A model generated the notes under the pieces. That model made no database searches. It worked only from the letters and a program-made list of their open reading frames with translations, and was not told the origin of the DNA. From Escherichia coli (GTDB taxonomy: Bacteria; Pseudomonadota; Gammaproteobacteria; Enterobacterales; Enterobacteriaceae), in the NCBI RefSeq assembly GCF_003334305.1, contig NZ_QOWS01000020.1: 64,000 bases of DNA, one strand, 5' to 3'. A program made the translations under genes and the position numbers. Shown here piece by piece: positions 44,505-55,814 of this stretch (position 1 is the first letter of the stretch; each line of letters opens with the position of its first letter).

Positions 44505-46838
44505 TTGGCCAACTCATCCTCACGATATTCCGTTCTGACTGCCGCCCATTGGGGGCCCATGCTGGTTGAAACCGACGGCGAAACCGTGTTTAGCTCGCAT
44601 GGCGCGTTAGCCACAGGAATGGAAAACTCCTTGCAGAGCGCGGTTCGCGACCAGGTTCACAGCAATACACGGGTACGATTTCCAATGGTGCGCAAAGGCT
44701 TTCTTGCGTCACCGGAAAATCCGCAAGGCATTCGTGGGCAGGATGAATTTGTTCGCGTGAGTTGGGATGAGGCGCTGGATCTTATTCACCAACAACATAA
44801 ACGCATTCGTGAGGCTTATGGTCCGGCATCGATTTTTGCTGGTTCCTACGGCTGGCGTTCAAACGGCGTGCTGCATAAGGCCTCGACATTATTACAACGC
44901 TATATGGCGCTGGCAGGCGGTTATACCGGGCATCTGGGGGATTATTCGACCGGCGCGGCACAGGCGATCATGCCGTATGTCGTGGGTGGTAGCGAAGTTT
45001 ATCAACAGCAAACCAGTTGGCCGCTGGTGCTGGAACATAGCGATGTCGTGGTGTTGTGGAGTGCTAACCCACTCAATACGCTGAAAATTGCGTGGAATGC
45101 ATCTGATGAGCAGGGGCTTTCTTACTTTTCCGCACTGCGTGACAGCGGGAAAAAGCTGATCTGTATTGATCCAATGCGATCGGAAACCGTCGATTTCTTT
45201 GGCGATAAAATGGAGTGGGTGGCACCGCACATGGGCACCGATGTTGCGCTGATGCTGGGGATCGCCCATACGCTGGTGGAAAATGGTTGGCACGACGAAG
45301 CGTTTCTGACGCGTTGCACCACAGGTTATGCCGTCTTCGCCTCTTATTTGCTGGGCGAGAGTGACGGAATAGCGAAAAACGCCGAATGGGCGGCAGAGAT
45401 TTGTGGGGTTAACGCAGCGAAAATCCGCGAGCTGGCGGCTCTTTTCCACCAAAACACGACCATGCTGATGGCTGGCTGGGGAATGCAGCGCCAACAGTTT
45501 GGTGAGCAAAAACACTGGATGATCGTCACGCTGGCGGCAATGTTGGGGCAAATCGGCACACCCGGCGGCGGTTTTGGTCTTTCTTATCATTTTGCCAATG
45601 GTGGTAACCCCACGCGGCGTTCTGCGGTGCTCTCTTCCATGCAGGGCAGCTTGCCGGGTGGCTGCGATGCGGTGGATAAAATCCCTGTTGCCCGCATTGT
45701 TGAAGCACTGGAAAACCCTGGTGGCGCATATCAACACAACGGTATGAACCGACATTTCCCGGATATTCGTTTTATCTGGTGGGCGGGCGGTGCCAACTTT
45801 ACTCATCATCAGGATACCAATCGTCTGATCCGTGCCTGGCAAAAACCGGAGCTGGTGGTGATCTCTGAATGCTTCTGGACGGCGGCGGCGAAACACGCGG
45901 ATATCGTTCTGCCTGCGACTACCTCTTTTGAGCGTAATGATCTCACCATGACCGGTGATTACAGTAATCAGCATCTGGTGCCGATGAAGCAAGTGGTGCC
46001 GCCACGCTATGAAGCGCGTAATGATTTTGATGTTTTTGCCGAGTTGAGTGAACGTTGGGAGAAGGGCGGCTATGCGCGGTTTACGGAAGGAAAAAGTCAG
46101 CTGCAATGGCTGGAAACGTTTTATAACGTTGCCCGGCAGCGCGGGGCAAGCCAGCAGGTTGAATTGCCGCCATTTGCTGAGTTCTGGCAAGCCAACCAGT
46201 TAATTGAGATGCCGGAAAACCCGGACAGCGAGCGGTTTATTCGCTTCGCTGATTTTTGCCGCGATCCGCTGGCGCATCCGTTAAAAACCGCCAGCGGCAA
46301 GATTGAAATCTTCTCACAGCGTATTGCCGATTACGGTTACCCGGATTGCCCTGGGCATCCAATGTGGCTGGAGCCGGACGAATGGCAGGGCAATGCCGAA
46401 CCAGAACAGTTGCAGGTACTTTCTGCCCATCCGGCGCACCGCCTGCACAGCCAGCTGAATTACAGTTCTCTGCGCGAATTGTACGCGGTAGCAAACCGTG
46501 AGCCTGTCACCATTCATCCTGACGATGCTCAGGCGCGCGGCATAACCGAAGGGGATATGGTGCGGGTGTGGAACTCCCGTGGGCAGATCCTTGCCGGAGC
46601 GGTCATTAGCGAGGGAATTAAACCTGGCGTGATTTGCATTCACGAAGGGGCATGGCCGGATCTGGATTTAACCGCTGACGGTATTTGTAAAAACGGCGCA
46701 GTGAACGTGCTGACCAAAGATCTCCCCAGCTCGCGGCTGGGGAATGGCTGTGCGGGTAATACGGCGCTGGCATGGCTGGAAAAATACAACGGTCCGGAAC
46801 TGACACTTACAGCGTTTGAACCACCGGCCAGCTCATAA
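44505..46838 (+). CDS. bisC: biotin sulfoxide reductase (molybdopterin oxidoreductase)
   Basis: 777-aa ORF beginning at TTG 44505 per ORF track; start codon choice uncertain. Confidence 0.85.
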   Translation: MANSSSRYSVLTAAHWGPMLVETDGETVFSSHGALATGMENSLQSAVRDQVHSNTRVRFPMVRKGFLASPENPQGIRGQDEFVRVSWDEALDLIHQQHKRIREAYGPASIFAGSYGWRSNGVLHKASTLLQRYMALAGGYTGHLGDYSTGAAQAIMPYVVGGSEVYQQQTSWPLVLEHSDVVVLWSANPLNTLKIAWNASDEQGLSYFSALRDSGKKLICIDPMRSETVDFFGDKMEWVAPHMGTDVALMLGIAHTLVENGWHDEAFLTRCTTGYAVFASYLLGESDGIAKNAEWAAEICGVNAAKIRELAALFHQNTTMLMAGWGMQRQQFGEQKHWMIVTLAAMLGQIGTPGGGFGLSYHFANGGNPTRRSAVLSSMQGSLPGGCDAVDKIPVARIVEALENPGGAYQHNGMNRHFPDIRFIWWAGGANFTHHQDTNRLIRAWQKPELVVISECFWTAAAKHADIVLPATTSFERNDLTMTGDYSNQHLVPMKQVVPPRYEARNDFDVFAELSERWEKGGYARFTEGKSQLQWLETFYNVARQRGASQQVELPPFAEFWQANQLIEMPENPDSERFIRFADFCRDPLAHPLKTASGKIEIFSQRIADYGYPDCPGHPMWLEPDEWQGNAEPEQLQVLSAHPAHRLHSQLNYSSLRELYAVANREPVTIHPDDAQARGITEGDMVRVWNSRGQILAGAVISEGIKPGVICIHEGAWPDLDLTADGICKNGAVNVLTKDLPSSRLGNGCAGNTALAWLEKYNGPELTLTAFEPPASS

Positions 46839-47247
46839 TCCAGGTGGGTAGTTGGGTTTCATCCTGCCATGCGCAATCGACAATGTGAAAACCCTGCGCA
46901 CGGTAAAAATCTATCGCCGGTTGATTTTTTTGATAAACCTCCAGCATCAGATGGGGATAGCGCTGCTGCACATACTGCATCAGCGCCTTACCAATACCGC
47001 GTCTGACGGCCTTCGGTGCGACAAACATTGCTGCCAGAAATCGGCCTTCCATAATGCTGACAAAACCGAGAAGCTTACCGTCCTCTTCCCAGACCCAGTT
47101 TTGCGCGTTGGCAAGATAGGCATCCCGCACCAGCGGAATGCAGTCACGCCAGTAATTCGCTTTTATAAAGGGATGCCCCCAGGTTGTACTTTCCAGCCAC
47201 AGTTCGAGGATCGCGGGGAGTTCTGAACGTTGCGCTTCCCGAATCAT
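46807..47247 (-). CDS. yiaC: GNAT-family N-acetyltransferase
   Basis: 146 aa; 3' end overlaps bisC 3' end by 32 bp (convergent). Confidence 0.75.
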   Translation of the reverse strand: MIREAQRSELPAILELWLESTTWGHPFIKANYWRDCIPLVRDAYLANAQNWVWEEDGKLLGFVSIMEGRFLAAMFVAPKAVRRGIGKALMQYVQQRYPHLMLEVYQKNQPAIDFYRAQGFHIVDCAWQDETQLPTWIMSWPVVQTL

Positions 47248-47807
47248 GGTTTATTTCCCGGATAGCAACAGCAGCCAACCACATGATCATTCACCAGCCC
47301 ACATGCCTGCATAAAGGAGTAACAGATTGTGGTGCCGACAAACTTAAAACCACGCTTTTTCAGGGCTTTAGATAGAGCGTCGGAGGCGGACGTAGATGTG
47401 GGAATTTCGCTCAACGTTGTGGCTTGTGTCACCTGTGGCTGATGATTTACAAACGACCAGACAAAGTCGGCAAACGGTTCGCCGTTCTGTTCCATTTGCA
47501 GGTACGCCCGCGCATTACCAATAATTGCCTGAATTTTCCCTCGATGGCGGATAATCCCGGCGTCCTGTACCAGTCTTTCGACATCCTCTTCCTGCATTGC
47601 TGCGACCTTCACCGGATCGAACTGATGAAAGCAGGCGCGATAGTTTTCGCGTTTTTTGAGGACGGTGATCCACGATAACCCAGCCTGCTGCCCTTCAAGG
47701 CAGATCATTTCGAACAGTTTTTTACTGTCAGTTTCAGGCACGCCCCATTCATTATCATGGTAGGCAATATAAAGCGGGTCCTGACTCACCCAGCCGCAAC
47801 GTTCCAT
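47244..47807 (-). CDS. tag: DNA-3-methyladenine glycosylase I
   Basis: ORF track extends to 48044; trimmed to ATG 47807 (MERCGWVSQDPLYIAYHDNEWGVP); 187 aa. Confidence 0.85.
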   Translation of the reverse strand: MERCGWVSQDPLYIAYHDNEWGVPETDSKKLFEMICLEGQQAGLSWITVLKKRENYRACFHQFDPVKVAAMQEEDVERLVQDAGIIRHRGKIQAIIGNARAYLQMEQNGEPFADFVWSFVNHQPQVTQATTLSEIPTSTSASDALSKALKKRGFKFVGTTICYSFMQACGLVNDHVVGCCCYPGNKP

Positions 47808-47964
47808 ACTTTCCCTCGCTATGTACCCGATCGTAAAAATTTCAGCCGCTTTTCTTGACGCATCGGTGAAAAAGTCAATATTTAATACAGGGCTACTATG
47901 CCCGATATCCTTCATACAATGACAATAATATTGCCGAATTCGGCTCTTCCCTGGAGTCGTGTTA

Positions 47965-48663
47965 ATGATCATAAAAAAAAGCGGTGGTCGCTGGCAGCTA
48001 AGCCTGCTGGCGAGCGTGGTAATCAGTGCCTTTTTTCTCAACACAGCTTACGCCTGGCAACAAGAATATATCGTTGATACGCAACCCGGACATTCCACAG
48101 AGCGTTACACCTGGGATAGTGATCATCAACCTGATTACAACGATATTTTGTCGCAACGTATTCAAAGTAGCCAAAGGGCGCTGGGACTGGAAGTCAATCT
48201 GGCGGAAGAAACTCCTGTGGATGTGACCAGCAGTATGAGTATGGGCTGGAATTTTCCTTTATATGAACAGGTTACAACCGGCCCGGTCGCGGCATTACAT
48301 TACGATGGCACAACCACCTCGATGTATAACGAGTTTGGCGACAGTACTACCACGCTGACCGATCCGTTATGGCATGCCAGCGTGAGTAGCTTAGGCTGGC
48401 GTGTTGACTCCCGGCTTGGCGATCTCCGACCCTGGGCGCAAATCAGCTATAACCAGCAATTTGGCGAGAATATCTGGAAGGCGCAATCAGGCCTGAGCCG
48501 GATGACGGCGACAAACCAGAACGGCAACTGGCTGGATGTCACCGTAGGCGCTGATATGTTGCTCAATCAAAATATTGCCGCCTATGCCGCGCTAACTCAG
48601 GCAGAAAATACCACTAATAATAGCGACTATCTGTATACGATGGGGGTTAGTGCCAGATTTTAA
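47965..48663 (+). CDS. yhjY: autotransporter beta-domain-like outer membrane protein
   Basis: ORF starts GTG 47959 / ATG 47965; signal peptide; C-terminal ...GVSARF. Confidence 0.7.
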   Translation: MIIKKSGGRWQLSLLASVVISAFFLNTAYAWQQEYIVDTQPGHSTERYTWDSDHQPDYNDILSQRIQSSQRALGLEVNLAEETPVDVTSSMSMGWNFPLYEQVTTGPVAALHYDGTTTSMYNEFGDSTTTLTDPLWHASVSSLGWRVDSRLGDLRPWAQISYNQQFGENIWKAQSGLSRMTATNQNGNWLDVTVGADMLLNQNIAAYAALTQAENTTNNSDYLYTMGVSARF

Positions 48664-48891
48664 CGTAACAGTCACAATTGAAACCATTGAATAACAACAG
48701 TTGTGGCGATAGTGGGTGCTAACTTACCAAATAATAAATTTGGTGAATAATTGTCGCGTCATTCATTCCTGAACTAAGGCATTTCATTCCGTTCTGATGG
48801 CATTTCATGCCGTTTTTCCCCAGGCATAAAGTGCACTTCGTTATGGTTGTCGGCAGAGATTTTTCCTTTTTATTACTGCAGGAATACTGCC

Positions 48892-50100
48892 ATGACACCT
48901 TCAAATTATCAGCGTACCCGCTGGCTGACACTCATCGGTACAATCATTACCCAGTTTGCGCTGGGGTCGGTTTATACCTGGAGCCTGTTTAATGGCGCGC
49001 TTTCCGCCAAGCTGGATGCGCCGGTAAGCCAGGTCGCTTTCTCTTTCGGCTTGTTAAGTCTGGGGCTGGCAATTTCGTCTTCTGTTGCGGGCAAATTGCA
49101 GGAACGTTTTGGCGTTAAACGCGTCACCATGGCTTCCGGCATTTTGCTGGGATTAGGCTTCTTCCTGACCGCGCATTCCAACAACCTGATGATGCTGTGG
49201 TTAAGCGCCGGTGTGCTGGTCGGTCTGGCGGATGGCGCGGGTTACCTGCTGACGCTCTCTAACTGCGTGAAGTGGTTCCCGGAGCGTAAAGGTCTGATCT
49301 CCGCGTTCGCTATCGGTTCTTATGGTCTGGGTAGCCTGGGTTTCAAATTTATCGACACGCAGCTGCTCGAAACGGTGGGTTTGGAAAAAACATTTGTGAT
49401 TTGGGGAGCGATTGCGCTGGTGATGATTGTTTTCGGCGCAACGTTAATGAAAGACGCACCAAAACAGGAAGTGAAAACCAGCAATGGTGTGGTGGAGAAA
49501 GATTACACGCTGGCAGAGTCGATGCGTAAACCGCAGTACTGGATGTTAGCGGTAATGTTCCTGACTGCCTGCATGAGCGGCCTGTACGTGATTGGGGTAG
49601 CGAAAGATATCGCCCAAAGTCTGGCACACCTTGATGTGGTTTCCGCAGCCAATGCAGTCACTGTTATTTCCATCGCTAACCTTTCAGGTCGTCTGGTGCT
49701 GGGCATTCTGTCTGACAAAATTGCCCGTATCCGTGTTATCACCATTGGTCAGGTGATTTCGCTGGTGGGTATGGCGGCCCTGCTGTTTGCACCATTAAAT
49801 GCAGTGACGTTCTTTGCAGCGATTGCCTGCGTGGCATTTAACTTTGGCGGCACTATTACCGTCTTTCCATCACTGGTCAGTGAGTTCTTCGGCCTCAATA
49901 ACCTGGCGAAAAACTACGGTGTGATTTACCTCGGTTTCGGTATCGGTAGCATTTTTGGTTCGATTATCGCCTCACTGTTTGGCGGTTTCTATGTGACCTT
50001 CTACGTGATTTTCGCCCTGCTGATTCTGTCATTGGCGCTTTCTACGACGATTCGTCAGCCAGAGCAGAAAATGTTGCGTGAGGCGCATGGCTCCCTTTAA
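48892..50100 (+). CDS. yhjX: MFS transporter (oxalate/formate antiporter family)
   Basis: Start at ATG 48892 (MTPSNYQRTRWLTLIG); 402 aa, 12 TM. Confidence 0.8.
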   Translation: MTPSNYQRTRWLTLIGTIITQFALGSVYTWSLFNGALSAKLDAPVSQVAFSFGLLSLGLAISSSVAGKLQERFGVKRVTMASGILLGLGFFLTAHSNNLMMLWLSAGVLVGLADGAGYLLTLSNCVKWFPERKGLISAFAIGSYGLGSLGFKFIDTQLLETVGLEKTFVIWGAIALVMIVFGATLMKDAPKQEVKTSNGVVEKDYTLAESMRKPQYWMLAVMFLTACMSGLYVIGVAKDIAQSLAHLDVVSAANAVTVISIANLSGRLVLGILSDKIARIRVITIGQVISLVGMAALLFAPLNAVTFFAAIACVAFNFGGTITVFPSLVSEFFGLNNLAKNYGVIYLGFGIGSIFGSIIASLFGGFYVTFYVIFALLILSLALSTTIRQPEQKMLREAHGSL

Positions 50101-50423
50101 TGCTCAGCCGCGAGCTACTGGGCTTCAGCTTCCGTGTGCATCAAACGCATCAACGAAATGTATAAACAATGACTCGTAAAATTTGGGCCAGTTAACTGGC
50201 CCTTTTTACTGCTTTTTGTAACGCTAAAGTCTCTTTTCAAACTTGCATTTTTGTAAATTTGTGCTTCATGCACACTCTTTCCCCACACTTTTTCGCTTTG
50301 CTGTGGTCTACTTATTCGCGCGTGTAGATTTTACTTATCTGACTACCTCCGCACTTTTCCCCTGCCGGGCCTGAAAAGCCGCTAAGCAGGGTGTTATCAC
50401 CTGTTTGTCCAGGGTTTGTTTGC

Positions 50424-52115
50424 ATGAGATACATCAAATCGATTACACAGCAGAAGCTGAGCTTTTTGCTTGCAATCTATATTGGCCTTTTTATGAATGG
50501 CGCGGTTTTTTATCGCCGCTTCGGCAGCTATGCGCACGATTTTACCGTCTGGAAAGGCGTTTCTGCCGTTGTTGAACTGGCCGCCACCGTACTGGTGACC
50601 TTCTTTTTACTACGTCTTCTATCGCTGTTTGGCCGCCGCAGCTGGCGTATTCTGGCGTCGCTGGTGGTGCTCTTTTCCGCAGGTGCCAGCTATTACATGA
50701 CCTTCCTTAATGTGGTCATTGGTTATGGCATCATCGCTTCCGTCATGACCACCGATATCGACCTGTCAAAAGAAGTTGTTGGTCTGAACTTTATTCTCTG
50801 GTTAATCGCCGTTAGTGCATTGCCTCTTATCCTTATCTGGAATAACCGCTGTCGCTACACCTTGCTCCGACAACTGCGAACCCCAGGGCAGCGTATTCGC
50901 AGCCTGGCGGTCGTCGTACTGGCGGGTATTATGGTTTGGGCACCGATTCGTTTGCTGGATATCCAGCAGAAGAAAGTGGAGAGGGCGACCGGCGTTGATT
51001 TGCCGAGTTATGGCGGTGTCGTAGCGAACTCTTATCTGCCATCAAACTGGCTTTCTGCGTTGGGGCTGTATGCCTGGGCGCGGGTCGATGAATCTTCCGA
51101 TAATAATTCATTGCTTAATCCGGCGAAGAAATTCACTTATCAGGCACCGCAAAACGTTGATGACACTTATGTCGTGTTTATCATCGGTGAAACCACGCGT
51201 TGGGACCATATGGGCATTTTCGGCTATGAGCGTAATACCACGCCGAAACTGGCCCAGGAGAAAAATCTGGCGGCGTTCCGTGGTTACTCCTGTGATACCG
51301 CAACCAAACTCTCACTGCGTTGCATGTTTGTACGTCAGGGGGGCGCGGAAGATAATCCGCAGCGCACATTAAAAGAACAGAACATTTTCGCGGTTCTGAA
51401 GCAGTTAGGATTCAGTTCTGACCTCTACGCTATGCAGAGCGAAATGTGGTTCTACAGCAACACGATGGCGGACAACATTGCTTATCGTGAGCAGATTGGT
51501 GCGGAGCCACGTAATCGTGGCAAGCCGGTAGATGATATGTTGCTGGTAGACGAAATGCAGCAATCGCTAGGGCGCAACCCGGATGGTAAGCATCTGATCA
51601 TTCTGCATACCAAAGGTTCGCATTTTAACTACACCCAGCGTTATCCGCGTAGCTTCGCGCAGTGGAAGCCGGAATGTATTGGTGTTGATAGCGGCTGTAC
51701 CAAAGCGCAGATGATCAACTCCTATGACAACTCGGTGACCTATGTGGATCACTTTATCTCCAGCGTGATTGATCAGGTTCGCGATAAGAAAGCGATTGTG
51801 TTCTACGCAGCTGACCACGGTGAGTCAATTAATGAACGCGAGCACCTGCACGGCACGCCGCGTGAACTGGCACCGCCGGAGCAGTTCCGCGTACCGATGA
51901 TGGTCTGGATGTCAGATAAATATCTGGAAAATCCGGCCAATGCTCAGGCATTTGCGCAGCTGAAAAAAGAAGCCGACATGAAAGTGCCACGCCGTCATGT
52001 AGAGCTGTACGACACCATCATGGGTTGTCTTGGCTATACTTCACCGGATGGTGGAATTAACGAAAACAACAACTGGTGTCACATCCCGCAGACAAAAGTG
52101 GCAGCGGCTAACTAA
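50424..52115 (+). CDS. eptB: Kdo2-lipid A phosphoethanolamine transferase
   Basis: Start at ATG 50424 ([16 protein letters not shown]); N-terminal TM domain plus sulfatase-like periplasmic domain; 563 aa. Confidence 0.85.
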   Translation: MRYIKSITQQKLSFLLAIYIGLFMNGAVFYRRFGSYAHDFTVWKGVSAVVELAATVLVTFFLLRLLSLFGRRSWRILASLVVLFSAGASYYMTFLNVVIGYGIIASVMTTDIDLSKEVVGLNFILWLIAVSALPLILIWNNRCRYTLLRQLRTPGQRIRSLAVVVLAGIMVWAPIRLLDIQQKKVERATGVDLPSYGGVVANSYLPSNWLSALGLYAWARVDESSDNNSLLNPAKKFTYQAPQNVDDTYVVFIIGETTRWDHMGIFGYERNTTPKLAQEKNLAAFRGYSCDTATKLSLRCMFVRQGGAEDNPQRTLKEQNIFAVLKQLGFSSDLYAMQSEMWFYSNTMADNIAYREQIGAEPRNRGKPVDDMLLVDEMQQSLGRNPDGKHLIILHTKGSHFNYTQRYPRSFAQWKPECIGVDSGCTKAQMINSYDNSVTYVDHFISSVIDQVRDKKAIVFYAADHGESINEREHLHGTPRELAPPEQFRVPMMVWMSDKYLENPANAQAFAQLKKEADMKVPRRHVELYDTIMGCLGYTSPDGGINENNNWCHIPQTKVAAAN

Positions 52116-52206
52116 GCGGCCTGCTGACTTTCTCGCCGATCAAAAGGCATTTTGCTATTAAGGGATTGACGAGGGCGTATCTGCGCAGTAAGATGCGCCC
52201 CGCATT

Positions 52207-52283
<77 letters not shown>

Positions 52284-52290
52284 AATTCGA

Positions 52291-52318
52291 AAAGCCTGCT
52301 CAACGAGCAGGCTTTTTT
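52291..52318 (+). terminator. rho-independent terminator of proK
   Basis: aaAGCCTGCTCaacgGAGCAGGCTtttttt read directly. Confidence 0.85.
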
Positions 52319-52374
52319 GCATTTGTAGCTCATGAGGATGAGAACCTCCGGGGGCGGGGAGGTTCGACTCGACG

Positions 52375-52461
52375 TAGGCCTGATAAGACGCGTCAGCGTC
52401 GCATCAGGCAACGGCACCGCACTTATTGTCGGATGCGGCGTGAACGCCTTATTCGACCTAC
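52375..52461. repeat. REP/BIME element between proK and dppA
   Basis: gtaggcctgataagacgcgtcagcgtcgcatcaggc ... gtcggatgcggcgtgaacgccttattcgacctac read directly. Confidence 0.7.
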
Positions 52462-52989
52462 ACGCCACACATTTCCCTGCCAAATTTGCGCCCCATATCT
52501 CACTATCCATTAACGGATTTGTGACAGAAACCATTGTCTTTTTTTATATTTGCTTAAATCTTTTTTTTCGTAACTTATGGCTGGCGCTGGCATTTTCCGC
52601 TGTGCGTTTTAGCGTTCATGGTATTAATCGCTCAGATATCCACCTTTTCCTCAGATTTTTTTCACTAAATGCATAAAACTTAATCACCAAATGTTGCTAA
52701 ATATTAAGCTGATTGTTCTGGTCATGTTGGAGTAGCACAAATTTCTCTGCTGCAAATAGCTGTTTGAAGTTTTTTTAATCTTTGTTTGTGGATTCTCACC
52801 GTTGGTGTAAATCCCGGTTGGCTGTATTGACGTTTTCACATTCTGTTGACAGATTGTAGGTCACGAGGGGCATTTTATGGAGGATCCGCACTGTTACACT
52901 GATGTTAATTAGTACGGCATCCCCACCTCATAACGTTGACCCGACCGGGCAAAAAACAAAAAAGGTCAGGCAGCGACAACCCACTGCAA

Positions 52990-53027
52990 AGGGTTAAAAC
53001 AACAAACATCACAATTGGAGCAGAATA
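52990..53027 (+). promoter_or_regulatory. dppA leader: CA-rich element immediately upstream of SD/ATG (candidate GcvB sRNA target site)
   Basis: aaaacaacaaacatcacaattggagcagaataATG read directly; GcvB targets CA-rich sites in ABC-transporter leaders including dppA. Confidence 0.5.
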
Positions 53028-54635
53028 ATGCGTATTTCCTTGAAAAAGTCAGGGATGCTGAAGCTTGGTCTCAGCCTGGTGGCTATGACCGTCGCAGCAA
53101 GTGTTCAGGCTAAAACTCTGGTTTATTGCTCAGAAGGATCTCCGGAAGGGTTTAACCCGCAGCTGTTTACCTCCGGTACCACCTATGACGCCTCTTCCGT
53201 ACCGCTTTATAACCGCCTGGTTGAATTTAAAATCGGCACCACCGAAGTGATTCCGGGCCTCGCTGAAAAGTGGGAAGTCAGCGAAGACGGTAAAACCTAT
53301 ACCTTCCATCTGCGTAAAGGTGTGAAGTGGCACGACAATAAAGAATTCAAACCGACGCGTGAACTGAACGCCGATGACGTGGTGTTCTCGTTCGATCGTC
53401 AGAAAAACGCGCAAAACCCGTACCATAAAGTTTCTGGCGGCAGCTACGAATACTTCGAAGGCATGGGCTTGCCGGAGCTGATCAGCGAAGTGAAAAAGGT
53501 GGACGACAACACAGTTCAGTTTGTGCTGACTCGCCCGGAAGCGCCGTTCCTCGCTGACCTGGCAATGGACTTCGCCTCTATTCTGTCAAAAGAATATGCT
53601 GATGCGATGATGAAAGCCGGTACACCGGAAAAACTGGACCTCAACCCAATCGGCACCGGTCCGTTCCAGTTACAGCAGTATCAAAAAGATTCCCGTATCC
53701 GCTACAAAGCGTTTGATGGCTACTGGGGCACCAAACCGCAGATCGATACGCTGGTCTTCTCTATTACCCCTGACGCTTCCGTGCGTTACGCGAAATTGCA
53801 GAAGAATGAATGCCAGGTGATGCCGTACCCGAACCCGGCAGATATCGCTCGCATGAAGCAGGATAAATCCATCAATCTGATGGAAATGCCGGGGCTGAAC
53901 GTCGGCTATCTTTCATATAACGTGCAGAAAAAACCACTCGATGACGTAAAAGTTCGCCAGGCTCTGACCTACGCGGTGAACAAAGACGCGATCATCAAAG
54001 CGGTTTATCAGGGCGCGGGTGTATCAGCGAAAAACCTGATCCCGCCAACCATGTGGGGCTATAACGACGACGTTCAGGACTACACCTACGATCCTGAAAA
54101 AGCGAAAGCCTTGCTGAAAGAAGCGGGTCTGGAAAAAGGTTTCTCCATCGACCTGTGGGCGATGCCGGTACAACGTCCGTATAACCCGAACGCTCGCCGC
54201 ATGGCGGAGATGATTCAGGCAGACTGGGCGAAAGTCGGCGTGCAGGCCAAAATTGTCACCTACGAATGGGGTGAGTACCTCAAGCGTGCGAAAGATGGCG
54301 AGCACCAGACGGTAATGATGGGCTGGACTGGCGATAACGGGGATCCGGATAACTTCTTCGCCACCCTGTTCAGCTGCGCCGCCTCTGAACAAGGCTCCAA
54401 CTACTCAAAATGGTGCTACAAACCGTTTGAAGATCTGATTCAACCGGCGCGTGCTACCGACGACCATAACAAACGCGTTGAACTGTACAAACAAGCACAG
54501 GTGGTGATGCACGATCAGGCTCCGGCACTGATCATCGCTCACTCCACCGTGTTTGAACCGGTACGTAAAGAAGTTAAAGGCTATGTGGTTGATCCATTAG
54601 GCAAACATCACTTCGAAAACGTCTCTATCGAATAA
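53028..54635 (+). CDS. dppA: dipeptide ABC transporter periplasmic binding protein
   Basis: 535 aa with signal peptide. Confidence 0.95.
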   Translation: MRISLKKSGMLKLGLSLVAMTVAASVQAKTLVYCSEGSPEGFNPQLFTSGTTYDASSVPLYNRLVEFKIGTTEVIPGLAEKWEVSEDGKTYTFHLRKGVKWHDNKEFKPTRELNADDVVFSFDRQKNAQNPYHKVSGGSYEYFEGMGLPELISEVKKVDDNTVQFVLTRPEAPFLADLAMDFASILSKEYADAMMKAGTPEKLDLNPIGTGPFQLQQYQKDSRIRYKAFDGYWGTKPQIDTLVFSITPDASVRYAKLQKNECQVMPYPNPADIARMKQDKSINLMEMPGLNVGYLSYNVQKKPLDDVKVRQALTYAVNKDAIIKAVYQGAGVSAKNLIPPTMWGYNDDVQDYTYDPEKAKALLKEAGLEKGFSIDLWAMPVQRPYNPNARRMAEMIQADWAKVGVQAKIVTYEWGEYLKRAKDGEHQTVMMGWTGDNGDPDNFFATLFSCAASEQGSNYSKWCYKPFEDLIQPARATDDHNKRVELYKQAQVVMHDQAPALIIAHSTVFEPVRKEVKGYVVDPLGKHHFENVSIE

Positions 54636-54785
54636 TTAAAAGCCATACCCGGTGGCGCTGTGCCTCTGCGTGCAGCGCCATCCGGCAGCAATACTTCATT
54701 CTCTGTCCGACAAGGGCGGGAATTGATTTGTGAGCAATACAGACACGCAGTTCCAGGCTGCGGGTCATTATAGAGAATCCGGGTT

Positions 54786-55805
54786 ATGTTGCAGTTTATT
54801 CTCCGACGTTTGGGACTCGTCATCCCCACGTTTATCGGTATTACCCTTCTCACATTTGCCTTTGTCCACATGATCCCGGGCGATCCGGTGATGATCATGG
54901 CGGGCGAACGTGGGATCTCCCCTGAGCGTCACGCGCAGCTGCTGGCTGAACTCGGCTTAGATAAACCGATGTGGCAGCAGTATCTCCATTACATTTGGGG
55001 CGTAATGCACGGCGATCTAGGCATTTCAATGAAAAGCCGAATTCCAGTATGGGAAGAGTTCGTGCCGCGCTTTCAGGCCACGCTGGAACTTGGCGTCTGC
55101 GCGATGATTTTTGCTACGGCAGTCGGTATTCCGGTTGGTGTGCTGGCTGCGGTTAAACGCGGTTCCATTTTCGATCACACTGCAGTTGGCCTGGCGCTGA
55201 CCGGCTACTCGATGCCGATCTTCTGGTGGGGCATGATGCTGATCATGCTGGTTTCGGTGCACTGGAACCTGACGCCCGTCTCCGGTCGCGTGAGCGATAT
55301 GGTGTTCCTCGATGACTCCAATCCGTTAACCGGTTTTATGCTAATCGACACCGCCATCTGGGGTGAAGACGGCAACTTTATCGATGCCGTTGCCCATATG
55401 ATCTTACCGGCCATTGTGCTGGGTACTATTCCGCTGGCGGTCATTGTACGTATGACACGCTCCTCGATGCTGGAAGTGCTGGGTGAAGATTACATCCGCA
55501 CCGCGCGCGCCAAAGGGTTGACCCGCATGCGGGTGATTATCGTCCATGCGCTGCGTAACGCGATGCTGCCGGTAGTGACCGTTATCGGCCTGCAGGTGGG
55601 AACATTGCTGGCGGGGGCGATTCTGACCGAAACCATCTTCTCGTGGCCCGGTCTGGGGCGCTGGTTGATTGACGCGCTGCAACGCCGCGACTATCCGGTA
55701 GTGCAGGGCGGCGTATTGCTGGTGGCGACGATGATTATCCTCGTCAACCTGCTGGTCGATCTGCTGTACGGCGTGGTGAACCCGCGTATTCGTCATAAGA
55801 AGTAA
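54786..55805 (+). CDS. dppB: dipeptide ABC transporter permease
   Basis: 339-aa polytopic membrane protein in dppABCDF gene order. Confidence 0.9.
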   Translation: MLQFILRRLGLVIPTFIGITLLTFAFVHMIPGDPVMIMAGERGISPERHAQLLAELGLDKPMWQQYLHYIWGVMHGDLGISMKSRIPVWEEFVPRFQATLELGVCAMIFATAVGIPVGVLAAVKRGSIFDHTAVGLALTGYSMPIFWWGMMLIMLVSVHWNLTPVSGRVSDMVFLDDSNPLTGFMLIDTAIWGEDGNFIDAVAHMILPAIVLGTIPLAVIVRMTRSSMLEVLGEDYIRTARAKGLTRMRVIIVHALRNAMLPVVTVIGLQVGTLLAGAILTETIFSWPGLGRWLIDALQRRDYPVVQGGVLLVATMIILVNLLVDLLYGVVNPRIRHKK

Positions 55806-55814
55806 GGGGACATC

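Noticed and set aside
44892-46190. 432-aa minus-strand ORF inside bisC
   Set aside because: Antisense shadow ORF of bisC; no start context; Arg-rich.
52340-52470. Possible integrated island, prophage or integrase at the proK tRNA
   Set aside because: No integrase or phage ORFs anywhere near it; the proK-dppA spacer is only 744 bp and is filled by a terminator, a BIME and the dppA leader. Only the short T-arm-like fragment remains as a possible scar.
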